Positions 9,991 to 17,841 of a stretch of DNA of 64,000 bases are shown here, in pieces. The notes below the pieces were generated by a model that saw only the letters and a list, made by a program, of their open reading frames with translations, was not told the DNA's origin and did not search any database. Position 1 is the first letter of the stretch; each line of letters opens with the position of its first letter. Source of the DNA: an uncultured Lentimicrobiaceae bacterium (GTDB lineage: Bacteria > Bacteroidota > Bacteroidia > Bacteroidales > WCHB1-69); assembly GCA_964521105.1 (NCBI GenBank), contig CAZFPO010000003.1, positions 5,012 to 69,011 of the forward strand, written 5' to 3'. The position numbers and the translations under genes were made by a program.

Positions 9991-11112
9991 CTATTTTGGA
10001 AATTGATTTATTACCGATTGAGCTATTTTGGCGGAAGCACCCCCTTCGCCTAATATCATTTTTAATTCATTATAATCTTTAAAAACTATACTACGGTGCG
10101 ATTCGTTAAGAATTTTAGTAGTTTCTTCCACGAGCTTTTTTGCATTAAAACTATTCTGAATTAGCTCGGTTACAACTTCTCGGTCTAAAATTAAATTGAC
10201 CAGCGAAACAAAACGAATGTTTTTAACCAATCGTTTAGCAATTTCGTACGAAATTCTACTGCTTTTATAGCAAACTACTTGCGGTACTCCAAAAAGAGCG
10301 GTTTCTAAAACGGCTGTGCCTGAAGTAACCACTGCAGCATGACTTTTTGCCAACAAAGAATAAGTTTCATCAAAAATAATTTTTACATCTTTATTTTTAA
10401 TAAGTTCTTGATAAAGCTCGGTGGGTTGCCAACTTACGCCAGCAATTATCCACTGATAATTTGGAAAAAGTTCGGGCAATGTTGACATTAGTGGTAGCAT
10501 TTTTATCAATTCCTGCTTGCGGCTTCCCGGTAAAATTGCAACCACTTTTCTGGAATCCATATTCAAAATTGCATCCAATTGTGGATGAGGTTTATATAAA
10601 ACCGATTTATCGTTAACAGCATCAATTAGAGGATGCCCAACATATTCTACGGGATAGTTTAGTTTTTCATAGAAACCTTTTTCAAATGGAAGAATAACAT
10701 GCATTTTATCTACCACTTTTTTTATAGTATGAATGCGTCTTTTTTTCCAAGCCCAAATTTGTGGCGAAATATAATAATTAACAATAATGCCTTTTGGATG
10801 AATTTTTTTTGCAATACGTAAGTTAAAACCTGGATAATCAATCAAAATTAAAACGTCGGGTTTGTATTCTAAAATGTCTTTTTCGCAAAATTTTAAATTG
10901 CGAGCAATGGTTCTAATGTTCATCAAAACCTCAACATAGCCCATGAATGCCAAATCGCGGTAATGTTTAATTATTTTTCCTCCTGCTTTTTCCATTAAAT
11001 CACCACCCCAACAACGAAAATCAGAATTGGAATCGAGTTTACGAATCTCTTTTATCAGATTTGAACCGTGTAAATCTCCCGAAGCCTCACCAGCTATAAT
11101 ATAGTATTTCAT
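9991..11112 (-). CDS. lpxB: lipid-A-disaccharide synthase
   Basis: The N-terminus MKYYIIAGEASGDLHGSNLI and overall length match LpxB (GT19). Confidence 0.9.
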   Translation of the reverse strand: MKYYIIAGEASGDLHGSNLIKEIRKLDSNSDFRCWGGDLMEKAGGKIIKHYRDLAFMGYVEVLMNIRTIARNLKFCEKDILEYKPDVLILIDYPGFNLRIAKKIHPKGIIVNYYISPQIWAWKKRRIHTIKKVVDKMHVILPFEKGFYEKLNYPVEYVGHPLIDAVNDKSVLYKPHPQLDAILNMDSRKVVAILPGSRKQELIKMLPLMSTLPELFPNYQWIIAGVSWQPTELYQELIKNKDVKIIFDETYSLLAKSHAAVVTSGTAVLETALFGVPQVVCYKSSRISYEIAKRLVKNIRFVSLVNLILDREVVTELIQNSFNAKKLVEETTKILNESHRSIVFKDYNELKMILGEGGASAKIAQSVINQFPK

Positions 11113-11115
11113 TTC

Positions 11116-11397
11116 TTAAGCAAAATATACAAAGTAAGCAATAGCTAAAACAAATGTAACAATTAAAATTCCTCTACCAGTACGATCGTATTTTAGTTTC
11201 AAAAGATAAAATCGTAAAGTAGCTAAATTTACAAAAACACTAACTAAAGCAAGAGTTTCAATTTTTAAAACATTTGTTTTCCCAGTAAATTCATCTATAA
11301 TCATTCCGATACCGTATAATATTGCAAATGAAATTAATGGAACAATTATACCTAGAATTGCGCCAACAATCATCGAGTCTGAACGTAGTTTTTTCAT
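11116..11397 (-). CDS. small membrane protein (3 predicted TM segments), unknown function
   Basis: 93-aa ORF packed between surE and lpxB, with 1-3 nt gaps. Hydrophobic segments are present. Confidence 0.5.
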   Translation of the reverse strand: MKKLRSDSMIVGAILGIIVPLISFAILYGIGMIIDEFTGKTNVLKIETLALVSVFVNLATLRFYLLKLKYDRTGRGILIVTFVLAIAYFVYFA

Positions 11398-11398
11398 T

Positions 11399-12178
11399 TT
11401 ATTTTTGTATTGATTCCCATTTTTTAAACAAGTTGAGGTGAGTGTGAGCCGTTAAGTCAAATTGAACTGGATGTACCGAAACGAAATTGTTTTTCAAAGC
11501 CCATTCGTCTGTATCTTCTGCATCATCTAAATTCAAAAATGAACCAGTAAGCCAATAATATTCTTTTCCGTAGGGGTCCATATATGGCACCAATTCTTCT
11601 TTCCAATAACCTTTAGCTTGGCGAGTTATTTTAATTCCTCGACAAGCAGCCGAATGGATGTTTGGAATATTTACATTTAAACAAGTGCGTTCGGGGAGTC
11701 CTTCCGTTAAGACTTTTTTAATGATAATTGCAGCAATTTCTTTCGAAAAGGTAAAGTCAGCATCAGGATCATAGCTTGTTGTTGAAAATCCAATGGACGG
11801 AATGTTTTCGAATGCAGCTTCAAGTGCAGCAGCCATTGTTCCTGAATATAATATGCTAATTGCCGAGTTTGACCCATGATTAATTCCAGATAATACTAAA
11901 TCGGGATATTCACCTTTTAAAATTACTTTTTGAGCTAATTTAACACAATCAACCGGTGTTCCATTTGTAGTGTATAAGCTAAATCCTTTGCGTTCGCTTA
12001 TCTTTTTTATTCGTAATGGAATATGCATGGTAATTGCGTGCGACATTCCGCTCCGCGGACCATCGGGTGCTACTACCAAAACATCTCCGAATGTTATTGC
12101 TACTTCAATCAGATTTTTTAATCCTTTTGCTTCGTGCCCGTCGTCATTTACAACAAGTATTAATGGTCGTTTATTCAT
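11399..12178 (-). CDS. surE: 5'/3'-nucleotidase SurE
   Basis: The LILVVNDDGHEAKGL motif is present. I chose the ATG at 12178 (MNKRP...) because a -7 box at 12200..12207 lies inside the longer track ORF (to 12214). Confidence 0.9.
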   Translation of the reverse strand: MNKRPLILVVNDDGHEAKGLKNLIEVAITFGDVLVVAPDGPRSGMSHAITMHIPLRIKKISERKGFSLYTTNGTPVDCVKLAQKVILKGEYPDLVLSGINHGSNSAISILYSGTMAAALEAAFENIPSIGFSTTSYDPDADFTFSKEIAAIIIKKVLTEGLPERTCLNVNIPNIHSAACRGIKITRQAKGYWKEELVPYMDPYGKEYYWLTGSFLNLDDAEDTDEWALKNNFVSVHPVQFDLTAHTHLNLFKKWESIQK

Positions 12179-12199
12179 CGTTAAGTTTCTATTTGAGAC

Positions 12200-12207
12200 C
12201 AAAAGTA
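12200..12207 (-). promoter_or_regulatory. Bacteroidota -7 box TACTTTTG (surE)
   Basis: Matches TAnnTTTG, 22 nt upstream of the ATG at 12178. Confidence 0.5.
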
Positions 12208-12218
12208 CAAACAATTTT

Positions 12219-12271
12219 TAAATTTTATAGACCTAACAGGTCTTAGAGACCTGTTAGGTCTATAAAATTTA
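12219..12271. repeat. perfect 24-25-bp inverted repeat (composite palindrome)
   Basis: aaattttatagacctaacaggtct (12220..12243), loop tag, agacctgttaggtctataaaattt (12247..12270). Each arm contains its own dyad, agacct-N3-aggtct. The repeat overlaps the stop codon of the 136-aa gene. Confidence 0.85.
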
Positions 12272-12679
12272 TTTTTTCTTTCTTAACGTTGAAAAAGCTG
12301 CTACTCCATCATATTCTGCAATGAAATAGGAAACGGTAATGTATTCTTCGTTAATTTTTGTAACAACTACTTTTTCTTCTTTTACACAAAGAGTTTGACC
12401 TTCCGTAATATACTCAACAAACTCCGCTTTATTCTTATTGGCTTTTACAAGCTTCCAATATCCACTACATGGAAAAGTTGGATAGTTAATATTTATTTCT
12501 TTTTTTTGATTGTCGTATATCAAATTAATTTCCCACGTTTTTTGATTTAATGCACCGGGTTGATAGCCTTCACCAATCCATGTTCCTTCGAGCCATTTTG
12601 TTTTGGCAACCTGACTAAAAGAAGATTGTACTTGAATGAAAAATACAAAAGTGAAGAATGTTAGTAGGAATCTGTTCAT
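12269..12679 (-). CDS. hypothetical secreted protein
   Basis: Signal peptide MNRFLLTFFTFVFFIQVQSSFSQ. No recognised domain. Confidence 0.55.
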   Translation of the reverse strand: MNRFLLTFFTFVFFIQVQSSFSQVAKTKWLEGTWIGEGYQPGALNQKTWEINLIYDNQKKEININYPTFPCSGYWKLVKANKNKAEFVEYITEGQTLCVKEEKVVVTKINEEYITVSYFIAEYDGVAAFSTLRKKK

Positions 12680-12720
12680 TATTAAAAATTTTTTATTTAT
12701 GGAATGTTGTTTTGTAAAAT

Positions 12721-12728
12721 CAAAGATA
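12721..12728 (-). promoter_or_regulatory. -7 box TATCTTTG (136-aa gene)
   Basis: TAnnTTTG match 42 nt upstream of the ATG at 12679. Confidence 0.4.
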
Positions 12729-12775
12729 CAAATTTATCTTTTTAAATCAATTAGAAATTCAAATGAGCTTAGGGT

Positions 12776-12823
12776 AAATAAAAAAAGAGCTTTACAGCTC
12801 TTTTTAGTGCGGATGAAGGGACT
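12776..12823 (-). repeat. duplicate of the last 16 nt of tRNA-Leu(TAG) plus its terminator hairpin
   Basis: 12808..12823 (tgcggatgaagggact) is identical to 12977..12992. The adjacent hairpin and A-run repeat 12944..12976, differing only in the loop and by one A. Confidence 0.8.
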
Positions 12824-12924
12824 TCCCGAATAATTCGAGCTAAACTTCCGAAAAGTATTAAATAACCAATGAATATCAAAATTTAAAAACTTTATTCCGA
12901 AAGTCAAGCTCGACTAATTCGGGA
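12824..12924. repeat. 101-bp unit bounded by 18-bp imperfect inverted repeats (MITE-like or structured element)
   Basis: tcccgaataattcgagct (12824..12841) against agctcgactaattcggga (12907..12924) matches at 16/18 positions. It lies exactly between the two copies of the tRNA 3' end. Confidence 0.5.
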
Positions 12925-12942
12925 TAAACTTCTCGTCCTTAT

Positions 12943-12975
12943 TAAATAAAAAAAAGAGCTATAAAGCTCTTTTTA
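12943..12975 (-). terminator. rho-independent terminator of tRNA-Leu(TAG)
   Basis: Hairpin agagct-ataa-agctct extended by A/T pairs, followed on the minus strand by a T-run. Confidence 0.6.
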
Positions 12976-12976
12976 G

Positions 12977-13058
12977 TGCGGATGAAGGGACTCGAACCCA
13001 CACACCTCTCGGTACCAGATCCTAAGTCTGGCGCGGCTACCAATTACGCCACATCCGC
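12977..13058 (-). tRNA. tRNA-Leu (anticodon TAG), type II with long variable arm
   Basis: Hand fold: acceptor GCGGATG/CATCCGC, anticodon arm CCAGA-CTTAGGA-TCTGG, T-loop TTCGAGT. There is one T-T mismatch in the T-stem. No encoded CCA. Confidence 0.85.
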
Positions 13059-13069
13059 ATTGTGGACTG

Positions 13070-13077
13070 CAAAAATA
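13070..13077 (-). promoter_or_regulatory. -7 box TATTTTTG (tRNA-Leu TAG)
   Basis: TAnnTTTG match 12 nt upstream of the tRNA 5' end. Confidence 0.45.
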
Positions 13078-13115
13078 ATAAAAATTTCAGTTAGTTTCAA
13101 AATATTTGATTTTTT

Positions 13116-13568
13116 TTATTCTGGATTGTCCGAAGCAAACCATTCAGCATAGGATGTTGCGGTTTCGCGAAGTTTTAAACTGTATAATTCAATGTTTTTA
13201 GGTAATTGTGTTTTGATTTTTTTTGCAAAATCAATTAATAAATTTTCACTGGTTGGTTGATAATTTACTAGATGTATGTTTCCAAAATGAGATTTTAATT
13301 GTTCAATTACAGATTTTTCCATGTTTTTATTTAACACTAATGCGTGATCAAATAAATCAATTAGTTCGGTTTTAATAAGCTTTTTTAAATCACCAAAATC
13401 CATTAACATTCCATTTTTTGGAGAATTTTCATCGTTATTTGGATATCCTATAAGTGTAACCAGTAATTCATAACTATGTCCGTGAATGTTTTTACATGGT
13501 CCATCATAATCTTTTAATGCATGAGCCATTTCAAAAGTAAAATGCTTTGTAATCCGAATTATAGCCAT
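13116..13568 (-). CDS. queD: 6-carboxy-5,6,7,8-tetrahydropterin synthase
   Basis: ITKHFTFEMAHAL...GHSYEL motifs and ~150 aa length are typical of the QueD/PTPS family. Confidence 0.85.
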   Translation of the reverse strand: MAIIRITKHFTFEMAHALKDYDGPCKNIHGHSYELLVTLIGYPNNDENSPKNGMLMDFGDLKKLIKTELIDLFDHALVLNKNMEKSVIEQLKSHFGNIHLVNYQPTSENLLIDFAKKIKTQLPKNIELYSLKLRETATSYAEWFASDNPE

Positions 13569-13569
13569 A

Positions 13570-14940
13570 TTATCTAATGAATTTGTAAATTAATGATTGT
13601 GTGCTGGATTTTAAACTAACAAGATACATTCCTTTAGGAAAAGCATGCAAATCAACCAATAAAACATTAGATATTGCACCTTCATATACATAAAGGACGC
13701 TGCCTTTTAAATCATAAATTGATATTTTATAATCTTCCGAAGTTTTTTTTGTTGTAATGCTTAAAAAATCTGTTTCCGGTTTGAAAAAAATAAACGATTC
13801 TGCCGAATGATTAGATTCGGAAATTCCAACAGTTTGGTTTGAAATAGTTATTAATTTTTCACCAAATACTCCCGAACCGTCTATGGCTGTGGCTCTTACG
13901 GTTACTGTGCCATTGGTAGATGCCGATAATAATCCGTTTGAAGATATTGTAGCGGTGCCACTGCCATTAATAACCGACCACGATACGGTTTGATTGGTAG
14001 CGTTGTTGGGTTGAACTGTTGCAATCATTTGGAGTGTTCCTAAATTAGAATTTATTTCATAGATTCCAGTTTGAGATGTAACAGTAACAGAAGTTACGGG
14101 AATAGGAGTGCTCCCCCAAACTAAATAAACCCATTCAGGATGATCGATGTAGGGGTTACGATTATGTTGGAAAGCATACACCGCTTCATTACGAAGTATT
14201 TCTTTTTGACTAACAGGATCTTGTGTATGCCACTGAATCATAAGATTTAAAAACCAAGTTTTATAAGCTGGATATGCATTACCTGCTAAAATTTCGTTTG
14301 CACTTGAATTATTTACCCATCCTGCAATTAAGTTTTCGTAACGAGTTGCCATATAAAAATAGGACCGGGCAAAGTCGCCTTTGTAAATATCGATTGGCTC
14401 AAATACTACTCCGGAATAACCTGTAGAAGGATCAGAAGAACCAAGTTTACTTCCATTGCTAGAGGTCCATGTTGATGTGCCAACTTTTCCATGAGGATAA
14501 CTGCTTCTTCTGTTGTTAACGTATCCATCCGTTGGATAAACATGGAACAAATCGGAACGTTGAGGTGACGATTCACCGAGCCAACTGTCGCAAAACGAAT
14601 GTTCACGATTGTAGCAATCGGCTTCGCTATTATAATTTCCACATTGATCTGAACTGTTGGAAGCGTTTGTGTACCAATATGTTGCCGTGCTGTCAGCCTT
14701 AACCGAATACATGTCGAAAACTTTATTGCCTGGTAAATTGTCGGTGGTTAAATAACATGCGTAAAGTCCATCATAGCCCTTGTCGGTATGTCCTTTAATA
14801 ATGTTATATAATGCAGTTTTAAGTGGTGCACCCGACAATCCTTCTGCATCGTCATAATATCCCAAAGGAATTTGAGATTGAAGATTGAGAATCAAGCTTA
14901 GGAAAAATCCCAGCATAATTGGTTTAAATATTTTTTTCAT
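13570..14940 (-). CDS. secreted endonuclease I family nuclease with Big_2 Ig-like domain and T9SS C-terminal sorting domain
   Basis: Signal peptide. Endonuclease I-type motifs YNREHSF, DLFHVYPTDGYVNNRRSSYPHG, GDFARSYFYMATRY. The Big_2-like segment reads TLQMIATVQPNNATNQTVSWSV...TVTVRATA. The C-terminal tail reads GMYLVSLKSSTQSLIYKFIR. Confidence 0.8.
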   Translation of the reverse strand: MKKIFKPIMLGFFLSLILNLQSQIPLGYYDDAEGLSGAPLKTALYNIIKGHTDKGYDGLYACYLTTDNLPGNKVFDMYSVKADSTATYWYTNASNSSDQCGNYNSEADCYNREHSFCDSWLGESSPQRSDLFHVYPTDGYVNNRRSSYPHGKVGTSTWTSSNGSKLGSSDPSTGYSGVVFEPIDIYKGDFARSYFYMATRYENLIAGWVNNSSANEILAGNAYPAYKTWFLNLMIQWHTQDPVSQKEILRNEAVYAFQHNRNPYIDHPEWVYLVWGSTPIPVTSVTVTSQTGIYEINSNLGTLQMIATVQPNNATNQTVSWSVINGSGTATISSNGLLSASTNGTVTVRATAIDGSGVFGEKLITISNQTVGISESNHSAESFIFFKPETDFLSITTKKTSEDYKISIYDLKGSVLYVYEGAISNVLLVDLHAFPKGMYLVSLKSSTQSLIYKFIR

Positions 14941-14945
14941 GGGAA

Positions 14946-15512
14946 TCAGGTATAATATAAATGTTGAATTAAAATCTTAGCTCCAAGAAATACCAGAACA
15001 AGACCACCAAAAATTTCCGCCCATTTGCTACTTACAAAAAAGCCAAATTTCCGCCCAATTCGAATACCGAGGAGGGTTAATATAAAAGTAATTAAACCTA
15101 TAACAAAAACAGCTGTAGTAATGTTTACATCTAAAAAAGCAAAACTTAAACCAACAATGAATGCATCGATACTTGTAGCAATTGCTAGGCTATAAAGGAC
15201 ATAATTTTTTGTAAAATCAAAACATTGGTCACCTGGTTTTTTCTTTATTGCCTCTCCAATCATTTTTATTCCAATAATTGAAAGGATAGCAAATGAAATC
15301 CAATGATCGTATTGAGTTATATATTGTTGAAAAGCAATTCCTAAAAGCCATCCCAAAACGGGCATTCCTGCTTGAAAAACAGCAAAGACCAAAGCAACTT
15401 TTATGATGATACTTTTTTGTATTTTGGGCTGAGAAATACTGCAAGAAAGGGATACTGCAAAACAATCCATAGCCAATCCAATGGCAATAAAAATCAATTC
15501 AATTAGGTTCAT
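14946..15512 (-). CDS. mntP: manganese efflux pump MntP
   Basis: 188-aa six-TM protein with the N-terminal IAIGLAMDCFAVS motif typical of MntP/YebN. Confidence 0.85.
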   Translation of the reverse strand: MNLIELIFIAIGLAMDCFAVSLSCSISQPKIQKSIIIKVALVFAVFQAGMPVLGWLLGIAFQQYITQYDHWISFAILSIIGIKMIGEAIKKKPGDQCFDFTKNYVLYSLAIATSIDAFIVGLSFAFLDVNITTAVFVIGLITFILTLLGIRIGRKFGFFVSSKWAEIFGGLVLVFLGAKILIQHLYYT

Positions 15513-15528
15513 TTAAAAAAATTTCCAA

Positions 15529-15536
15529 CAAAAGTA
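15529..15536 (-). promoter_or_regulatory. -7 box TACTTTTG (mntP)
   Basis: TAnnTTTG match 17 nt upstream of the ATG at 15512. Confidence 0.5.
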
Positions 15537-15627
15537 CGTAACAATTCTGATTTACTGTGTTAAAAAAATGCTATTCAATGCCGTTGAGTCATTCAAGTGA
15601 AAAAAATGCCTAAAAACTTCAAACAGT

Positions 15628-16098
15628 TTAATTAAATTCAGTAAAAACCAATGAAGTAATGCGTTCCAAACCCTTTGCATCTGCTTCCGAAAAAGATGCT
15701 TTTTCTCGACTATCTACGTCAAAAACACCAATTATTTCACCACTTTTATTTTTTATGGGGACAACAATTTCGCTTTCAGAGCGGCTATCGCAAGCAATGT
15801 GCCCCGAAAACTCATGAACGTCTGGAACAATTAACGTTTTATTTTCGTTAATCGCTGCCCAACAAACACCCGTATTTTTTTTCAAGACAATGCAAGCCAA
15901 TGAACCTTGATAAGGTCCTACAATCAGTTCGCCGTCTTCTAATAAATAGAAGCCTGTCCAAAAAAAATAGTCAATTTTGTTATGTAATAACGATGCGATT
16001 GTTGCCATACGGGCAATTGGAGTTGTCTTTTTTTGAAAAAGATCTTTAAGTTGATTGTACATTCGTTCGTACCTGCCAGTTTTAATTGTTTCTGTCAT
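15628..16098 (-). CDS. GAF domain protein (free methionine-R-sulfoxide reductase-like)
   Basis: Motifs WTGFYL...LIVGPYQGSLACIVL..GVCWAA...HIACDSRSESEIVVP fit the YebR/fRMsr GAF family. Confidence 0.75.
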   Translation of the reverse strand: MTETIKTGRYERMYNQLKDLFQKKTTPIARMATIASLLHNKIDYFFWTGFYLLEDGELIVGPYQGSLACIVLKKNTGVCWAAINENKTLIVPDVHEFSGHIACDSRSESEIVVPIKNKSGEIIGVFDVDSREKASFSEADAKGLERITSLVFTEFN

Positions 16099-16103
16099 AA
16101 TTT

Positions 16104-16134
16104 AAAAAAATACCGCTGAGTTTTTCAGCGGTAT
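16104..16134 (-). terminator. rho-independent terminator of tnaA
   Basis: ataccgctga (16110..16119) pairs with tcagcggtat (16125..16134). A T-run follows on the minus strand. Confidence 0.65.
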
Positions 16135-16143
16135 AAATTAGGT

Positions 16144-17517
16144 TTATAATTTCTCAAGTTCTACGGTGAAGTGTCTCATAATTGGTGATTCCCATTTAAT
16201 AGCAAATCCTCGTTTAATTTGATCTCGTCGGTCGTAAACGTTTTTAAGAGCTACAGCAATAACATCCATGTGATTATTTGTGTAAACTCGACGAGGAATT
16301 GCCAATCGAAGAAGTTCTAACTTTGGATAGCGATTTTCGCGGGTTTCGGGATCTCGGTCGGCTAAAATGGCACCAATTTCAACACCACGAATTCCAGCTT
16401 CGAGGTATAATTCCACACCCAATGTCTGTGCTCTAAATTCTTCTTTTGGAACATTTGGCAATACACGGTTTGCATCCACAAAAATGGCATGACCACCAGC
16501 GGGAAATTGATATGGAATACCATATTCGGTGAGTTTATTTCCAAGATATTCCACTTGTTTAATTCGAGTTTCTAGATAATCAAATTCAGTACCTTCATCC
16601 AAACCAACAGCCAAAGCATTCATGTCGCGTCCAGACATTCCACCATAAGTTACATAACCTTCGAACATAATATTAAAAACAGAAGTTTGACGCCATAACT
16701 CTTGAGTGCGCATGGCGATAAATCCACCCATATTAACAATAGCATCTTTTTTAGCACTCATGGTCATCATATCAGCATACGAAAACATTTCGGCAACAAT
16801 TTCTTTAATTGTTTTATTTTCGTATCCTTTTTCCCTTTTTTTAATAAAGTAGGCATTTTCAGCAAAGCGAGCAGAATCGAATACAACTGGTTTTTTGTAT
16901 TTATCAGCAATTTTTCGAACTGCTCTTAAGCAGTCCATCGAAACTGGCTGACCACCAGCGGTGTTATTTGTAACAGTTACAATGATAAAAGGAACTTTAT
17001 CGTGATGTTCTACCATCGCTTTTTCGAGTTTCACTGGGTCTACGTTTCCTTTAAAAGGGTGAAACAATTCTGTATTTGCAGCCTCATCAATAGTACAATC
17101 AAGAGCGTGTGCTTTTCGAAATTCGATATGACCTTTTGTGGTATCAAAATGCGAATTGCCAGGAATAAAATCTCCTTCTTTTACTAATACCGAAAAAAGT
17201 ACATTTTCGGCAGCGCGTCCTTGATGAGTGGGCATAAAATAGTCAAAACCAAGAATGTTTTTGATGGCTGTTTTCATGTTATCGTATGATTTAGCTCCCG
17301 CATAACTTTCATCGCCCATCATAAGTGCCGACCATTGCCGATCGCTCATGGCACCTGTCCCCGAATCGGTTAATAAATCGATAAAAACTTGATTACTTTT
17401 TAAATTAAATAAATTATATTTGGCTTCTTTCATCCATTTTTCGCGTTCTTCACGTGTGCTGCGATAAATAGGTTCCACCATTTTAATTTTATATGATTCA
17501 GAAAATGGAATTTCCAT
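16144..17517 (-). CDS. tnaA: tryptophanase (beta-eliminating lyase family)
   Basis: DLLTDSGTGAMS, HFDTTKGH, DSARFAENAYFIK and the PLP-lysine motif MSAKKDAIVNMGG are closer to TnaA than to tyrosine phenol-lyase (from my recollection of both sequences). Confidence 0.8.
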   Translation of the reverse strand: MEIPFSESYKIKMVEPIYRSTREEREKWMKEAKYNLFNLKSNQVFIDLLTDSGTGAMSDRQWSALMMGDESYAGAKSYDNMKTAIKNILGFDYFMPTHQGRAAENVLFSVLVKEGDFIPGNSHFDTTKGHIEFRKAHALDCTIDEAANTELFHPFKGNVDPVKLEKAMVEHHDKVPFIIVTVTNNTAGGQPVSMDCLRAVRKIADKYKKPVVFDSARFAENAYFIKKREKGYENKTIKEIVAEMFSYADMMTMSAKKDAIVNMGGFIAMRTQELWRQTSVFNIMFEGYVTYGGMSGRDMNALAVGLDEGTEFDYLETRIKQVEYLGNKLTEYGIPYQFPAGGHAIFVDANRVLPNVPKEEFRAQTLGVELYLEAGIRGVEIGAILADRDPETRENRYPKLELLRLAIPRRVYTNNHMDVIAVALKNVYDRRDQIKRGFAIKWESPIMRHFTVELEKL

Positions 17518-17668
17518 AATATTTATTTTTTGTTTTAATATTAAAATTTGAATAATTTGATTAAGAATTGAAAATACAAAAACTAAAAGGCATCTCTGTC
17601 TTTTATATTCTTAAGAACCAGTGATTTTGAAACAAAGGTGTGTCTCATAAAACTTTTTTTATCGGTTT

Positions 17669-17676
17669 CAAAGATA
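17669..17676 (-). promoter_or_regulatory. -7 box TATCTTTG (possible tnaA promoter)
   Basis: TAnnTTTG match about 150 nt upstream of the tnaA ATG. Confidence 0.3.
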
Positions 17677-17802
17677 TATAAACTTTTCAATTGACAAAAT
17701 AAAAAACTGTGTTTTGACAAATTTTAATACAAATTGAATCGTTATCTTAAAAATATATGTAATAAATCTCAAGTTAATCCTTAATTCTAAGACTTTTCCT
17801 TA

Positions 17803-17837
17803 TAAAAAAAACCGACGATTTAATCGTCGGTTTTTTC
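17803..17837 (-). terminator. rho-independent terminator of the efflux operon (structurally bidirectional)
   Basis: aaccgacga-ttta-tcgtcggtt hairpin flanked by an A-run and a T-run, immediately after the RND stop at 17842. Confidence 0.65.
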
Positions 17838-17841
17838 AAAT

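Noticed and set aside
12636-12833. Track ORF 12636..12833 (+), 65 aa
   Set aside because: It spans the promoter of the 136-aa gene and the duplicated tRNA-end/terminator copy. It has no coding signal.
12680-13115. Integrase or genomic island adjacent to the duplicated tRNA-Leu 3' end
   Set aside because: There is no integrase-like ORF on either side. The flanking genes are queD/nuclease and a small secreted protein/surE. Only the 101-bp inverted-repeat unit lies between the repeats, so no intact mobile element is called.
15513-15627. Manganese (yybP-ykoY) riboswitch upstream of mntP
   Set aside because: The -7 box lies only 17 nt upstream of the ATG, and the 115-nt spacer lacks the conserved GGGGAGTAG-type core I would expect.
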